Shown here in pieces: positions 43,349 through 57,741 of a DNA stretch of 64,000 bases. The DNA is from Eledone cirrhosa. Its lineage: Eukaryota. The position numbers were made by a program, and so were the translations under genes. The DNA is taken from NCBI GenBank assembly GCA_964016885.1, contig OZ024755.1, forward strand, positions 8,370,001 to 8,434,000, written 5' to 3'. The notes beneath the pieces were generated by a model, which saw only the letters and a list, made by a program, of their open reading frames with translations, searched no databases and was not told where the DNA came from. Numbering within the stretch: position 1 is the stretch's first letter; the number at the start of each line of letters is the position of its first letter.

Positions 43349-43518
43349 AGGTTGTGAGTTCGATTCCTGGACCAGGTGATGCGTTATGTCCTTGAGCAAG
43401 ACACTTTATTTCACGTTGCTCCTTCTACCTGGAGTTGCGACCGATAGATAGTATTAGCAATTGGAAAGACCAACGGAAACATTGTTCCTTCGGTCCGATT
43501 TGACGAAAGTCGATCGTC
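43349..43518 (+). mobile_element. S2b SINE, 5'-truncated, between TA tracts
   Basis: B-box-like gagttcgattcc, CORE-like tgtccttgagcaagacactttatttcac, and tail b. Confidence 0.75.
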
Positions 43519-43519
43519 T

Positions 43520-43563
<44 letters not shown>

Positions 43564-43919
43564 CGCATATACAAATAGATGTGGTTTGTTATTTGTAGGA
43601 GAAAAATATAATTATTGGGTGCAGTGGGTTCATGAACCTCCTGCCTCCACCCCAGTTCCACCGCCCCTGGGGATTAAATCGACCATTCAATTCAGTCAAT
43701 TTGAACAAAGCGAGATTTCAACTCAGAAGATCAATTGCCGGAACAAAATCAACTCCAATAATTATACAAATCCGGCAATCTAACACCATGGTCTGGAAGT
43801 ATCTATTCTTAAATACAACAGGATGAAAGGCAATGTTTATTTATATAGGATTTGAAATCAAAACGCAGCCAGCTGGAATAAAGACAGTTAGGCATTATAT
43901 TATTGGCTGAAACACCTAA

Positions 43920-44060
43920 CCCGTTATATGATATGTGGATGACATTTTTCTTAAATCGGAAAGGAAATATCTAATCAATTTTGGAATGAAATTGAAAATT
44001 ATATCCCGAAAATAATTGAAATATTTCTGACTGTGTTTTTTCGGATTAATATGAAATCTA
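43920..44060 (+). pseudogene. Possible highly decayed Penelope-like reverse transcriptase fragment
   Basis: tga tat gtg gat gac att ttt = (R>*)YVDDIF, the PLE RYxDD motif with a CGA>TGA change. A shifted frame follows with NQFWNEIENYIPKI, resembling F...LN..HP.I. Short evidence. Confidence 0.3.
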
Positions 44061-44284
44061 CATTAATAATTATATATCGGAGCATTCTTCTATGAAATAC
44101 ACACGAGATAATATAACAAGACAAATGTTGTTTTAAAAGGAAAATAAATGCAAAGTAAATTATATATATCGTTATATATATTAAACATTTTTAGATCCTT
44201 TTTTGTAGTAGTATAGTAATTGAAAATACTAGTTCGATTACCAATTATTCACTTCTCATTCTTTCCTCCTATGAAGTTGTCAAT

Positions 44285-44534
44285 TTAACCCTTTTGATAT
44301 CGATCTATTTGAAACCGTTCACATTATTTATTAATGTCAGTGCGTCCTTTATGTTAAATCCTTCTATTATGATTTTATGTGTGGAATATTTGTTAGCTAT
44401 TACTCTGAACACTAGATGATTAATGAAAAACATATCTCTCGTACTAAATAACATAAATATTTTGATTATTTTCAAAATTATTTGAAACACAATGCAGTAT
44501 ATATGTCATTAAAATATGGTAAGGAAATGGCTAA
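44285..44534. mobile_element. Decayed piggyBac-like MITE
   Basis: Begins TTAA-CCCTTTTGATA and ends TAAGGAAATGG-CTAA (degenerate GGG-TTAA); resembles a common octopus TTAA element as I recall it. Confidence 0.4.
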
Positions 44535-46133
44535 AAGGAAGCAAAGCTAAATTATGATGACTGTATCATTGTGCAGAGCTTGTTTGCCTCTGAATTTAAA
44601 GTACGGAATAGTTAATATCATACTTATCCTTATTTTTACAAAACTAATCCTAAAACAGTAACCTCTTTGAAGTATACTGTTCTCATCAAAGACACTAATC
44701 TAGATATTTATGATCAAATAGGGAATAGTTAACATCAAACTTATTATTTTACCACAATTAGTCATTGAAGTAAACGGTGCTTATCAAAGGCCAACAACCT
44801 AGGATATCTTTATGATCAGCCACAATATTAATACTCTACCATAAAAGAGAATTAACTATTTTTAAATGGGTTACTTACGGTACGATGGGCAGAAATGCTG
44901 ATAATTTCTTAATAGCTTTGACTGGAAGGAAACAAAAAGCAAGCTATACTGATATAGTGTGAGCCCACCTAAAGATATCCAAGGAGCGGTGGTAGGTGTA
45001 TACCTGCTGAATAATTATCTTATTATCACTGGTCGTGCCAAGCATCTTTAACTTTTCAGAGACTCCTAGACTAGTGGAAAGAATGGTGTAGGTCTCTTCA
45101 AACCGGAAACCAAGGCTAAATAATTTTAATATAGTTAACACCAAGAACTAGGTGGATTGCGTTGAAACCGGTTCAATAATATTTCTAACACTTCGAACGC
45201 ATAAAGCTGAAGATCCAGAACAAATATCACTAAACCTTTCAATCCACAACCTAGAAATTCCATCGACGTAACACAATAACCAGATACTTGATATATTGAT
45301 CCCAAAATGAATTGGAGCCGCGTTACTTATTCTAGGTGCTTCGTGGTGAGACTGAACGTGAAAATGCCTGCACATATATCAACATGCTTGGAAATGAATG
45401 GAATATATAGCCACTATTAAACAGAAAATGGAGAGGATAAAATATTTTTTTGCAGATTTATTAGTTTGTTTAATATCCAACTGTGTACCCTGGGAAATCT
45501 TAGTCTAAGAGTGTAAATGCTAATAAAACAGAATAATCTTAAGTTCTCCATAGTGTGATATGTAAACGATTGATGTTCTTGTACTCTGAACAACCGAAAT
45601 ATGATTTGTAGTTTCAGAATAATGCAATCATAATCACATAAATATATGCAGCAATATTCTATAGTAATTTATATTATGACTTCTTTAGCTTCATTGCAGA
45701 TGTAATCATATATTGGGAGAACTTTCTAATTATGTTGTTGGCCAGATAATTTGTAGATAAGAAATAATAGAAAACATAGATAATATTGATAACAATAAAG
45801 ATAATTTTATAGCCACGTCAGAAAGTAAAATTTATGGTATTTGAGAATACTAACAATTCTAACACTAATAGAATGTGATACATATGTGTGTGTATGTGTG
45901 TGTGTGTGTTTATACAAAGATCCTCTTGGGTTACGAAGTTATGACTGGTACGTTTTTGTTGTTATACACTAATCTGTTAGAGATGTTTAAATATTAAACA
46001 GTAACAAGAAAAATTAAGAGAAAATAAGAATGGTAAGATTGTATTAATCAAACCACTTTCCAATACCAGACTACGATCTTTACAAATTTTGGTTTGATTT
46101 AAATATTATTGATACTCTATTATCATATTTCTA

Positions 46134-46327
46134 GGCGGTGGATTGGCAGTATCGGTAGAGGGTCGGACGCCATGCTGTGCAGCATAGAGTTACGGCCCTT
46201 TACCGTCTGAGTTTAAATCCTGCCTAGGGTAACTTTGCCTTTCATCCTTACGGGGTCGATAAAATAAAGTACTAGTATTGCACTAGGGTAATTGCTGACC
46301 TTTGTGTCAAAAGTAGAAACAATTATT
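46134..46327 (+). mobile_element. Full-length S1 SINE with TSD
   Basis: GGCGGTGGATTGGCAGTATCGG head, central domain and tail; atatttcta duplicated at 46125-33 and 46328-36. Confidence 0.9.
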
Positions 46328-48175
46328 ATATTTCTACGATATCGGACTAAAAGCGTGTCATATTGGCAGAGTGGTTAAAACGTCGGATAGTAGGATTTTC
46401 ATTATTAGTTCTGGATGTCAGCACATTTCTCGTTTTGAGATCGATAAATAAATACCAGTCTAGCACTGAAGTTAATTCTTCCACCTCCTCTCATTTCTTC
46501 TCTCTCAATATCTTTGTTTCTCTGGAAAACATCGCTTGTGTACAGGCATGGAGTTCTTGTGAGCATCATTTATTTGGTTATACATTCATAATCATTAATT
46601 AAAACCAACATATCATTAGTGTCTATCCATGCAGCCTCTGGTGAATATTTATATCACTACGTGGTTTCTGAGTAAAAATATTGATCTATTTTTCAAGGAA
46701 TTTTAATTTATCTGTTTTAAAAAGGATGCAGTTTATGGTTCTAAGTAAACAGTTTAAACAAGCATAACTATGTTGGTTGAGTTATGTAACATTGTCAAAT
46801 TTGAAATTTGATTTTGTATTCATGACAATACAGATGAGTCTAATAACATTTATTTGTATTGTGATAAATATATTTTCAAATTTCAAACATAAATATACTA
46901 AATCTAATTAAAACATAAAACAAATATATTAAATATACGTTATCTGCTCCTGTCTTTTAGTTATAACTCATTCCTGAGTAAGCAAACTTATGCTCAAGGA
47001 ATTGTCAACAATGTTCATTCCGTTATTTACATCTATGATGCATCTAAGTCTGTGTTTTGGAATATATATCTCAGCTTGAGAGACGTTAAGGTGTATTTTG
47101 GTGGAGATTTGATTAATATATCTAGTAGATCTAGATAATTCATAGAGACGTCCTCCTTATCTCCTTTAGTTATTAGTAAATAAAATTTGGCCTCGTATCA
47201 GAGATGGAATATCTAATTCTTCTAGACACGCTACAGCTTACTGTTAAGATCAGTGAGTTAATTTTTGGACACACACACACAAACACGCATACCACATATA
47301 TTTTGTTTTCTGTATATGTGTTTGTAACCCCTAAATAAAGAGGACTCAATATATAGTCATTTGCACAAGCTCACACATACACAGACATGTATATATCTTG
47401 TTCATTTGTGCAGGAGAGTTCAAATAACACGAAAATCCTTTTTATCTAGACTGTTTCCAAAAAGGTTAGGGTGGTTTCTCGGATATTGTCAGGAAAATTC
47501 GACCGTGATCGAAATGATGATATATATTGAACAGAAGGAACCAAGAATGCATAAATGTTTATATAAATTTGCACAGTGGTTATCTACACACATAAACATT
47601 GAATATTCACGTGCTTTCCTGTAAATTGAAAACAAATATTAGTGTCTTTAATAAACTTTCGAATCATTTGAGGTTTTTTAGAATATACGTATATCAACTA
47701 AACACTTGCAACGAAATACCCCACTGAAGCTTATATATTCTACCACGCAGTTAAGAATCGAACTCCTTAACCACCATACATTCCTGCTCACCATTCATTG
47801 CAGATCAATTGTTTTCTTTTTATATGTTTATCCAATCCTTCTTTCCTCACCAACTCATTAGCTATCAATTTCCCATTATTCGTTTCCATTTTACTCCATA
47901 GCAATTTCTTTCATTCTTCTCTCCTGGAGGTCTTTCATTAATACTATTACAGAACCCCATTTAAAGTTCATTTTTCCAAGTAGCATGAAGTTGTTTACTA
48001 CCAACTGATAGGGATATTTTTTACAGACAGCTGACAGCTGAAACGGTGTATCCCCATCAACATACAACAGCCATTTAAGTGTTAATTTAAATATATAACT
48101 GATGGAAAACTAGGTAGTAATTGTGGTATGGCTATTTAAAGGAAAAAAAAAGAGAAATGTCTGTGCGTGAACGTC

Positions 48176-48182
48176 TCTCTCT

Positions 48183-48238
<56 letters not shown>

Positions 48239-48272
48239 GTGCGTGTGTGCGTGCGTGCGTGTGTGTGTGCGT

Positions 48273-48316
<44 letters not shown>
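48176..48316. repeat. (CT)(TG)n/(TGCG) microsatellite
   Basis: Direct reading. Confidence 0.95.
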
Positions 48317-48319
<3 letters not shown>

Positions 48320-48459
48320 TAAAAATATAGCTTCATTTTCATGTTGTTAATAAATCTTCCATTATTGATGACTCCCTGAAGGGCAAAGTAATATACATAT
48401 ATACAGTATACATATATATATGTGTGTGTGTGCGTTTATATGCATATATAAGTAAATAT

Positions 48460-48463
48460 ACAG

Positions 48464-48524
<61 letters not shown>

Positions 48525-49001
48525 TATGTTTATATGTATATAAATGTAAATATTGTAAATATACAGGGATATATATATATGTATATATATATATATAAAC
48601 ATATATACATATACAGGGATATATATATATGTATATATATATATAAACATATATACATATACATATATAAAAACATTTATACATATATATATATAAAAAC
48701 ATATATATATATATATATAAACAAATATACATATATATATATACAAATATACATATATATATATACATATATATAAACACATATACAAATATACATATAT
48801 ATATATAAACATATATACATATACATATATATATATATAAACATATATAAATATATATACATATATATATATAAACATATATACATATATAAACATATAT
48901 ACATATATATATATAAACATACATACATATATATCTTTATATATAAACATATATATATATATATATAAACATATATACATATATATCTTTATATATAAAC
49001 A

Positions 49002-49051
<50 letters not shown>

Positions 49052-49120
49052 TATACACATATATATATATATACATATATATACACATATATATATATAT
49101 ACATATATACATATATATAC

Positions 49121-49165
<45 letters not shown>

Positions 49166-49362
49166 CATATATACACACATATACATATATATACATATAT
49201 ATACATATATATACATATATACACATATACATATATACACACATACACATATATATATATATATACACACATACATATACATATATACACACATACACAT
49301 ATATATATACACACATACACATATATATATATATATACACACATATATGTACATACACACAC

Positions 49363-49417
<55 letters not shown>

Positions 49418-49419
49418 AA

Positions 49420-49475
<56 letters not shown>

Positions 49476-49486
49476 AATACATATAT

Positions 49487-49523
<37 letters not shown>

Positions 49524-49525
49524 AA

Positions 49526-49577
<52 letters not shown>

Positions 49578-49588
49578 AATACATATAT

Positions 49589-49629
<41 letters not shown>

Positions 49630-49656
49630 AATACATATATACACACACACACACAC

Positions 49657-49742
<86 letters not shown>

Positions 49743-49745
49743 TAC
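48460..49745. repeat. Compound TA/CA array with higher-order units (taaatacatata(ta)(ca)n)
   Basis: Direct reading. Confidence 0.95.
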
Positions 49746-49924
49746 AGAGAAATAGAGAGAGAAAGAGATATCGGTGTGTGAAGGTTAAAAAAAGACAAAA
49801 CGCAACAGACCAAGAGGAGGAGGCGTCAAGAAATAATTTGTAAACTGTTTGAATTATTACAAACAAATTAATTGACGCTTATTCAACTGTTACCTTTGCG
49901 AAAGTAGACAACTAAACAAGTTAT

Positions 49925-50115
49925 AGAACGGGGTGGACCTCTGTCGGTTATGATAATGAGTGTTACAGTTTTTCGACCAACGGAACAGCCTGTACGTGAA
50001 ATTGATGTACAAGTGGCTGAGTTTCCACAGAAGCCTATAGCTGTATCGTGTCGGCGAGATTTCGCATTGTGTAGAGTGCGACGTGGTTCCTCCTTTGAGT
50101 TACAGATATAATTTA
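49925..50115 (-). mobile_element. Old SINE-tail relic (family S3; relatives near 24510-24620, 33820-33930, 37160-37270)
   Basis: caacggaacagcctgtacgtgaaattgatgtacaagtggctgag is complementary to ctcagccacctacaagttaatttc (near 24588) and ctcggccactagcatgttaattt (near 33905). Confidence 0.5.
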
Positions 50116-51764
50116 TTTTTCTGGCTTTTAAGCTGTTTTTGTCTCATCTTTTCCACTCACGGACCCTGGTACTGAGGCAACTGCGATCTAATGATTTCAA
50201 CGTTTATTCCTTCTATGCTGTGTCTCCTAAACTTGTATGAATGATATTATAGCGTAAGTGAAAGCGTTTCTTCCCAGTTCAATCAACGACATTGTAACCA
50301 AAGGTATCGTTGTACAGAGCACACAGTGATGAAAGTGTTAAAAGGAAAGTTCTACATTTTGAGTATTTAGTTATTACAAGTTGTCAAATCGTACAACATT
50401 TTCATTATATCTGAACAACTGCTGTAATATCATTGGAATATAACATCAAAATAGAAAGTGTATAAACTGCATAATAAAACTTGACAATTGTACATGCAAA
50501 TGCAGGCATATATAAAATTAGTTCTTATATATGCATCACAATGCCGATTACTGCTTGAGGTCTACGTCCCATTATACTGTCCGTGCGCAAGGACAGTCAC
50601 TAAATTCAATACACCAGTTAAGAAATCCTAGAAATATATTATGATTTTCCTAAAACTATTTTACACATGTCGATGTAATATCATCTGCAGTATTAAGATC
50701 GCCATTAATATCAAGTAAATCTCTTGACACTACACGCTATTGATTACATACATCTTGTTGTTGTCGCTGTGGCAGTAATACGCTTAACTTTCTAAATGTC
50801 CTCGGTGATTAAGTTAACTCAATAAATGACGTGTCTTTTATTGCGATATTTATATTCGAGATCGTTTTCAAGTATTATTCCACAGGGATGTGACAAGTGA
50901 TAAACATATTTTATATTTGCAAGATCATCGTAAGTTAATAAATTCAGTGCTCGGATAGAATTAACCTATCAGCATTGAATAACAGACTAAACTATCGCAC
51001 GGAAATATTGAAAGACGTTTGAAGAAACATGGTCGAAAGCCGTCTAAAATGCTATATCTCAACATAACATTAAACCATTATTTTACATGTGAATCCTACC
51101 ATATATTCTAACAATGGTGTATATTGTGAGGACATTCATACACATATACATTCTAATATATACACATACATAAACAGTAATTTATATTTCAGAAGTTGTA
51201 CGACTTGTGCATAAAATTACGTTTGGTGAAGAATTCTTTTATCTTCACTTTGTTCTCGCAGTAAAATCTAAGAAAAGATAAGCGATGCATAACAATGGCC
51301 TAAGTTTTATTTGTGTTTTGAAGTCATTTAATGAATTGTAATACTTTCTCCTTTGAAGTATTAGTTTACTTTTTAGTAAGGACACAGCTTTATATATTGA
51401 TTGATATTACGATAAGAAAATGTAATATACAGCATACTATCGATTAAATCTACCCGAATATGAAACTGGTATTACCATTAAAGTTCAATCTAAACTAGAT
51501 AACTGTCAAATATGTGGTACACCAGACGTATATGATTCAACACAAAGAGTTCTCTTTCATCACAAGTATGAATTATTGTTAATGTTAGTTTTTACTGGCA
51601 GACTTCGATGGCTTTTGTGAGATCAGAAAAACAATATACATCTTGTCATGCTCATGAACCTTTTTCCTGTACCTGCCGTAAATGGAGATCATCTCTACAG
51701 TCCCACGGCCAGACCTAAAGACACATTGACTTTCAGGATAAATGTTAGACACCAAGCTTTCATT

Positions 51765-51837
<73 letters not shown>

Positions 51838-52764
51838 GAAAGAGAGAGAGAAAGAGAGAGATAGAGAGAGATTTGTTTGTGTGTGTGTATCAGTGTGTGA
51901 GCGTGTGTGTGAAATATGTCTGTGTAAATATCTATGTGTACATATATATTTGAAAGGGGAATATAAATAAAATATGAGAACGAATGTATTTATATAATTG
52001 CTATATATTGGAAGAGCATGAAATACAACTTAAATGGCAGAGTGATTTGATATAAGCAATAATTTAAGCGAGATGTTGATAATTTTATAAAACAACAGGT
52101 ATAATATATAATGATTGAATGTAATAGCAAGTGATTTTCAAATACACAACAGGCAGTGAGAATTATTATTAATAACTGTTGGAAATATACGAAAATTGTC
52201 GCGAAATTTATTTGAAAAAATGAATGTTTTATAGACAGTTTGAAGAAATTAGAATTAATGTAAGGAACAAGTTGCTACAATTAATGTAAATCATTCTGAC
52301 AGAACTTCCCGCGTGAAAATAAAATATGTTGATAAAAAGAAAATATTAAAGTAAAATTTCGATAATAATTTTAGAAAATTCTGTCGAAACCAGAGATTAA
52401 AATGTTATAATATATACATATATAGAAAAACAAATGAAAAAAATTGTATGTTTAAAATAAAATGAAAATAAGAAACAGAAATAATTTGACCATAAGTACG
52501 AAGGTGAAAATAGACTGAAAAAGAAGGTATAAACTATAAGGTATATTTTTATGATATTGATTTCCTGCATCGACACAAGGTCTCCCTTTATTGGGAAAAG
52601 GAAAATGTTTTGTTGTTGATGTCCATATTTTTACTCTAAGTCATTAACACCGTCGCAATTAGAAGACGGCGTCGTCTATGAATGAATGAAATTTAAATGG
52701 TAAATGCTTTCATACAATATTTGATGGCATGAGTCAAAATGTTACTTTTGGCGCTATTCAATTC

Positions 52765-53200
52765 ATGTCTAGTGTGTTCTGTATCCATATTTCCTTCAAC
52801 TCTACTTCTGTCCATTCATGGTGTTAATTTCCAGCACAGTATTTCCACCATTCAAACTAGACTGGAAGATCTTCGAAAGTACCCTTTTCTAACAATTTCT
52901 TCTATTGTCTTGCTTTGTAGAAAACCTAGATATTTATGTTTCGTCTTTTTCGAGTAACTTGATTCTTTCATCGTTTGTAAGCTCGATTCCACCCCACATT
53001 GCCAGCTTTCCACGTTTCACCACTATCATTGCATACTTTGAAATGCCAAACTCCATCCCAATATCTTCGAAAATGACTATAACTGTTTACAATATGGTGT
53101 CTAGCTCATCATCATGACAACTCTATAGTTTTAAATCATTCATAAACAACAAATGATTGACGTGACTCCTATCTTAACCTAGGTTGTATCTGATTGGCAT
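52765..53200 (-). pseudogene. Decayed R4/Dong-clade non-LTR retrotransposon reverse transcriptase fragment
   Basis: Minus-strand translation VNHLLFMNDLKL*...FEDIGMEFGISKYA..KRGKL...GIEL...IKLL...(frameshift)KYLGFLQ...SSLNGGNTVLEINT...WTEVELKE matches R4/Dong NHLLFMDDLKL...DIGM.FG..KC...RGK...YKYLG...LNG.N...AIN; contains stops and deletions. Confidence 0.85.
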
Positions 53201-54129
53201 ATTATTATTATTATTTGTAACGTTCATTATATTTCTGTAAGGTTTTTCACGACACAAAACACAAAGTTAACATATCAAGCTGTGTTTGGCATGTCTATTA
53301 TAATTTCTATCAGTCACATCAGTTTTCTCTAAATAATCTTGTGAAAAGGTAAAAAACAAACAAACAACGGCCTTACAAATCACAAAATTAGTCTGAATAG
53401 AAGATCCTGAATAGAAAACATTGACTATTTACAATTATTACAATTAGTATTACTACTAAACTTTATTTTTACTAATATTATTACCATTACTATTTTGGAA
53501 ATGTTGTTTTTATTATTGTTGTTGTTATTATTATAAAAATTAGTTACAGTAACATTAGTTCTTTGTCATCGATGAATTAAATCTGAATGAATGTGCCTGG
53601 ATGGAACTAACTACAAATTGGAAATTTCTCTAAACTATTGACATTACTTGTTTTATTTCCCAGAGGAGGTTAATGGGACAAGAAATACACTTCATTACAT
53701 AAAATAGCTTCAGATGTGGGCAGAGAAACGACATCGAAATAACAGGCATTGATATGTCAATAGCCTCAAAGTAATATTTCCCTTCACTGGAAATGAAGAA
53801 GAGAATGAGAATCTTAGAATGAAAAGAAATACATTTATATGAAATAAACATTGATCTGGGTATTAAGATCTATAGGGAGAGGCATGACTGTGTAGTTAAG
53901 GAATATCTTTTGAAACTACATGATTTCGTGTTTATTCCCATAGCCTGGTCTCTTGATCAGGTATGTGCACTATAGTGTCCGCTTGTATGTGAAATTTCAT
54001 AGAAAGAGCCTGGAGAGTCACAAGAGACTTGAATCAGCGAAGGGTGTAGAAGCTATGGTTCATGCTAACTTAAGAGGAGTCCGGTTTTCATATTGCATTA
54101 TACTTTTCATTAATTACACTGTTATTACA

Positions 54130-54219
54130 CGCCGAGGTTAACTTTGCCTTTCATCCTTACGGGGTCGATAAAATAAAGTGCCAGGGATAATTGCTGGCCT
54201 TGTGCCAAAAGTAGAAAGA
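54130..54219 (+). mobile_element. 5'-truncated S1 SINE with 15-bp TSD
   Basis: attaattacactgtt at 54109-23 and 54220-34 flank the central domain and tail. Confidence 0.85.
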
Positions 54220-54274
54220 ATTAATTACACTGTTTTTCCCCTCTCGTCATATTCTGAAAGCATGACATTAATTA

Positions 54275-54486
54275 TTGGCAGAATCAGTAGATCGTCGGAC
54301 AACATGCTTAGCGGCATAGGGTTATGCCCCTTTATGTTCTGAGTTCAAATCCCGCCGAGGTTAGCCTAATCATTCATCCTTACGAGTTCGATAAAATAAA
54401 GTACCAATCATGCACTGGGGTCGAATTAATCGACTTCCCCTCCCCACGCAATTGTTGGCCTTGTGCCTAAAACAGAAACCATTATT
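54275..54486 (+). mobile_element. Long-variant S1 SINE
   Basis: Matches 20735-20951 including the ggggtcgaattaatcgac..ccctcccc insert. Confidence 0.85.
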
Positions 54487-54589
54487 TGTATCTATACACT
54501 TTAATATACACACAGTCCGTTTTCGGGCGTTTGGCCTTAATCTCCCTTTCTTTCTTTCTTTCTTTCTTTCTTGGCTAATGGTGATAATA

Positions 54590-55200
54590 TTTGTGAAGCT
54601 AATGATGGTGATGAAGCTAATGGTGCGAATGGTGATGATGGTGATGATGACGATGTTGGTGATGACGACTGTAAAAGACGGCAATGATTGCGTAGCTAAT
54701 GGAGAAAATGGTGCTGATGACGAGAATTACCATGAAGACGGCGATGATGTAGATGCTAATGGCGTGAATGATTGTGATGATGATGATGATTGTGATGATG
54801 GTGACCATAATAACAGTGATAATGGTGATGCTGATGCTGATGGCAATCTCATCTATAATGAGGCTAACGATAGTGACGATGATGGGATTGATGATGATTA
54901 AGAAAACAATGATGATGATGATGATGTGATGATGACGATGAGGATGGTGATGATGAGGTGCAGACAGAAAAAAGAGAATAATAATAATAATGACGATGAT
55001 GATGAAGATGATGATGATGGAGATGATGATAATAATGCTAACGATAGTGACGATGATTGACATTGATGATGATTAAGAAAACAATGACGATGATGATGAT
55101 GACGATGATGACGATGATGTGCAGACAGAAGAAGTGAATAACAATAATGAAGATAATGATGGTGATGATGATGATAATTATGCCAGCGATAATGCTAATG
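54590..55200. repeat. Degenerate (GAT)n region with an internal duplication (period about 175 bp)
   Basis: gctaacgatagtgacgatgat...gatgattaagaaaacaatg...gtgcagacagaa occurs near 54862-54970 and 55037-55130. Confidence 0.85.
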
Positions 55201-55720
55201 GTGTTCGCTTTCGATTAATCTTTTTTCACGCAGCAAACCTTGCATTAATTTGTACAAAATTATTATGACTGATAAAAACGTTCTCTCGTTTTCTCTATTG
55301 AAGCCTTGCTACAGATACAGACACCTGTTCTGTTGTCTTTTTTATTAGCATATTTCATTTATTTTTCTCTTTAAAGACCCTGTAGCCTGGAAGGTTAGAA
55401 TGAAATATATTTATTTCCCGTTTGTTTTCCGTTTTCACACTTCTGTATATTTTTATATTTATATTTTTTATTTTCAAATATTTTTTATTTATTTTTGCAT
55501 TTATATTTATGATTTTTTTTATTATGATTTTATTTTGTTTTTATTTTGTTTTATTCACCTTGGTTTGTTTTGTTTTGTTTTGTATGTGTTTTTATGTTGT
55601 TGGTTTTTCACTAGTTATTTTCTCGAAATTTTCGCTTTTCTTTTGTCTTCACATTTCCTGAGTTCGTACCTTCTGTTTATCTCTCTCTACTAAATATATA
55701 TTTCTCATGTTCACACTCCT

Positions 55721-55852
<132 letters not shown>

Positions 55853-56781
55853 TCCCTGCCTCAATCATCTCGTTTTATTTATCGCTTTCTCTGAGATATT
55901 CTATATCACTCTGTCACTCACTATCTATCAGTATATATATATATATATATATATACAGACAGACACACAAATATATATATATATATATGTTATTGCTTCG
56001 TGTTTCCCTCTCACCGTGTTAGTTATCCTATATATATATATCAATCAACCAATCTCTCTCTCTATATATCTACATATCTACACCCCTCTCTCTCTCTCTC
56101 TCTATATATATATATCTACATATCTGCACCCCCTATCTCTCTCTCTCTCTCTCTCTCTATTATATATATATATATATATATATCTTTCTTCACTCCACTA
56201 TCACACTGCACCTGCTTCATCCGACAGCAGGTTTATTTTGATGTTTTCCTCCTATGCCCTTATATTCTCTGTTTTGTTTTGAGTATTTTTTTTTCACACC
56301 ACAGATGACTGGTTGTTATATATTATTTTCTATTTAAGTTGCTCACTGGAATATTTTTTCTTCTTTTCTCTCCTTCACTTTTATATGAAAACTTATTTTT
56401 CCAAGCTATAAATAATTCGAAGACGTTTACTCAACTCGTTTCTTTAAACATCGCTAGTATAAACACATACGTGCAGATTTTGCTAAGATTGTTTATAATA
56501 AGCATTTCGCAACTCTAACTTAGACTCGGAATAACGGTTCCTATTTTAGAACTGATTTTTCAAGTACATTATAAAACTAGCAATTTACATCATTATTATC
56601 TAAAGGAAATCTTGGTAAATGGCTTTCATAACGTATTCATTAGTCTGAGAGGTTACTCAAAAAAAGTACTTTGAAAATATAATAAACGACAGAACAGCAG
56701 TAGCAGCCTTATCTCTAGCTCACATACACACACATACATACACACGCACACACACACACACTCTCTCCCTCTCTCTCTTTC

Positions 56782-56822
<41 letters not shown>

Positions 56823-57700
56823 AGCATTTGTATATTTTGAATGGGTAGACTTAATCTGTCACCCAGTTCACGACCACCGTTTTTTCCTTCGCTATCAACA
56901 TTGGGGTCCACTCTTTTGCAAGTATTCGTACCAGGTCTCCAATTTGAGAATATTTTCTATGTGGCACTCGCTTCAGCCTTGCAAATATTATTGATAAGCT
57001 CCTATCATACCAACGTCATGTTTTTATATGCATCATCATTTGTTGCTTCGATACATGTTTGTGGAATGCTCAGACAGGTACTTGTTGATATGATTTAGAG
57101 ATCCATCCGTTGATGGATACAAATATACAAGATGGATACAAGAATCCAAATCATCGAACTCGAAAGATGTCCAAAGCGGGAAGATTCTCGTCAAATTACC
57201 CTATAATGTTACAACAATGTATAATTTAATCCATAGTTATATGTATGTGATCGGAAGTGTAAAAGAAGAAACAAAATATTTGGATTGATAGTTAAATGTA
57301 GCAATCATTTCGTCAGAAATCCCCACACTTTTATATCTAGCCTATAGATAAATATCTGAACCAAAATATAATGTTTCCTGTTGCAGGCTAAATAATACAC
57401 CCACCTTACATTGAATGTAGCGACAAAAAATTCTGATGTTTACACATGGTTGCCATATTGGACCCAGCTTTATAATAGTTTTCTGATGAAGGGATTTTAG
57501 TACCGAAATATTATGACTGGTAAATAAAATAACAGTTAACTCACCAACATCTTTGTTACCTGTAATTTATTCAGAAATCTACCGTCCAATTTGCATTATC
57601 GAAGTCTTTAGATAACATACTACTTTATAAACTAACACAATACATCCAGCATGTTACAACAGCGTATTTTTGCATCCCCCTTTTTTTTACGTTGTCATTT

Positions 57701-57741
<41 letters not shown>

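Noticed and set aside
43622-43670. GC-rich end ...ccaccgcccctg resembling a transposon TIR
   Set aside because: No matching second terminus or TSD found in the window.
46134-46225. tRNA-like A and B boxes
   Set aside because: Boxes are too far apart, there is no cloverleaf, and the sequence is part of a dispersed repeat with TSDs: a SINE head, not a tRNA gene.
54410-55063. Asp-rich and Ile/His-rich ORFs
   Set aside because: Start inside an S1 SINE and/or run through degenerate (GAT)n repeat; no domain or splice evidence.
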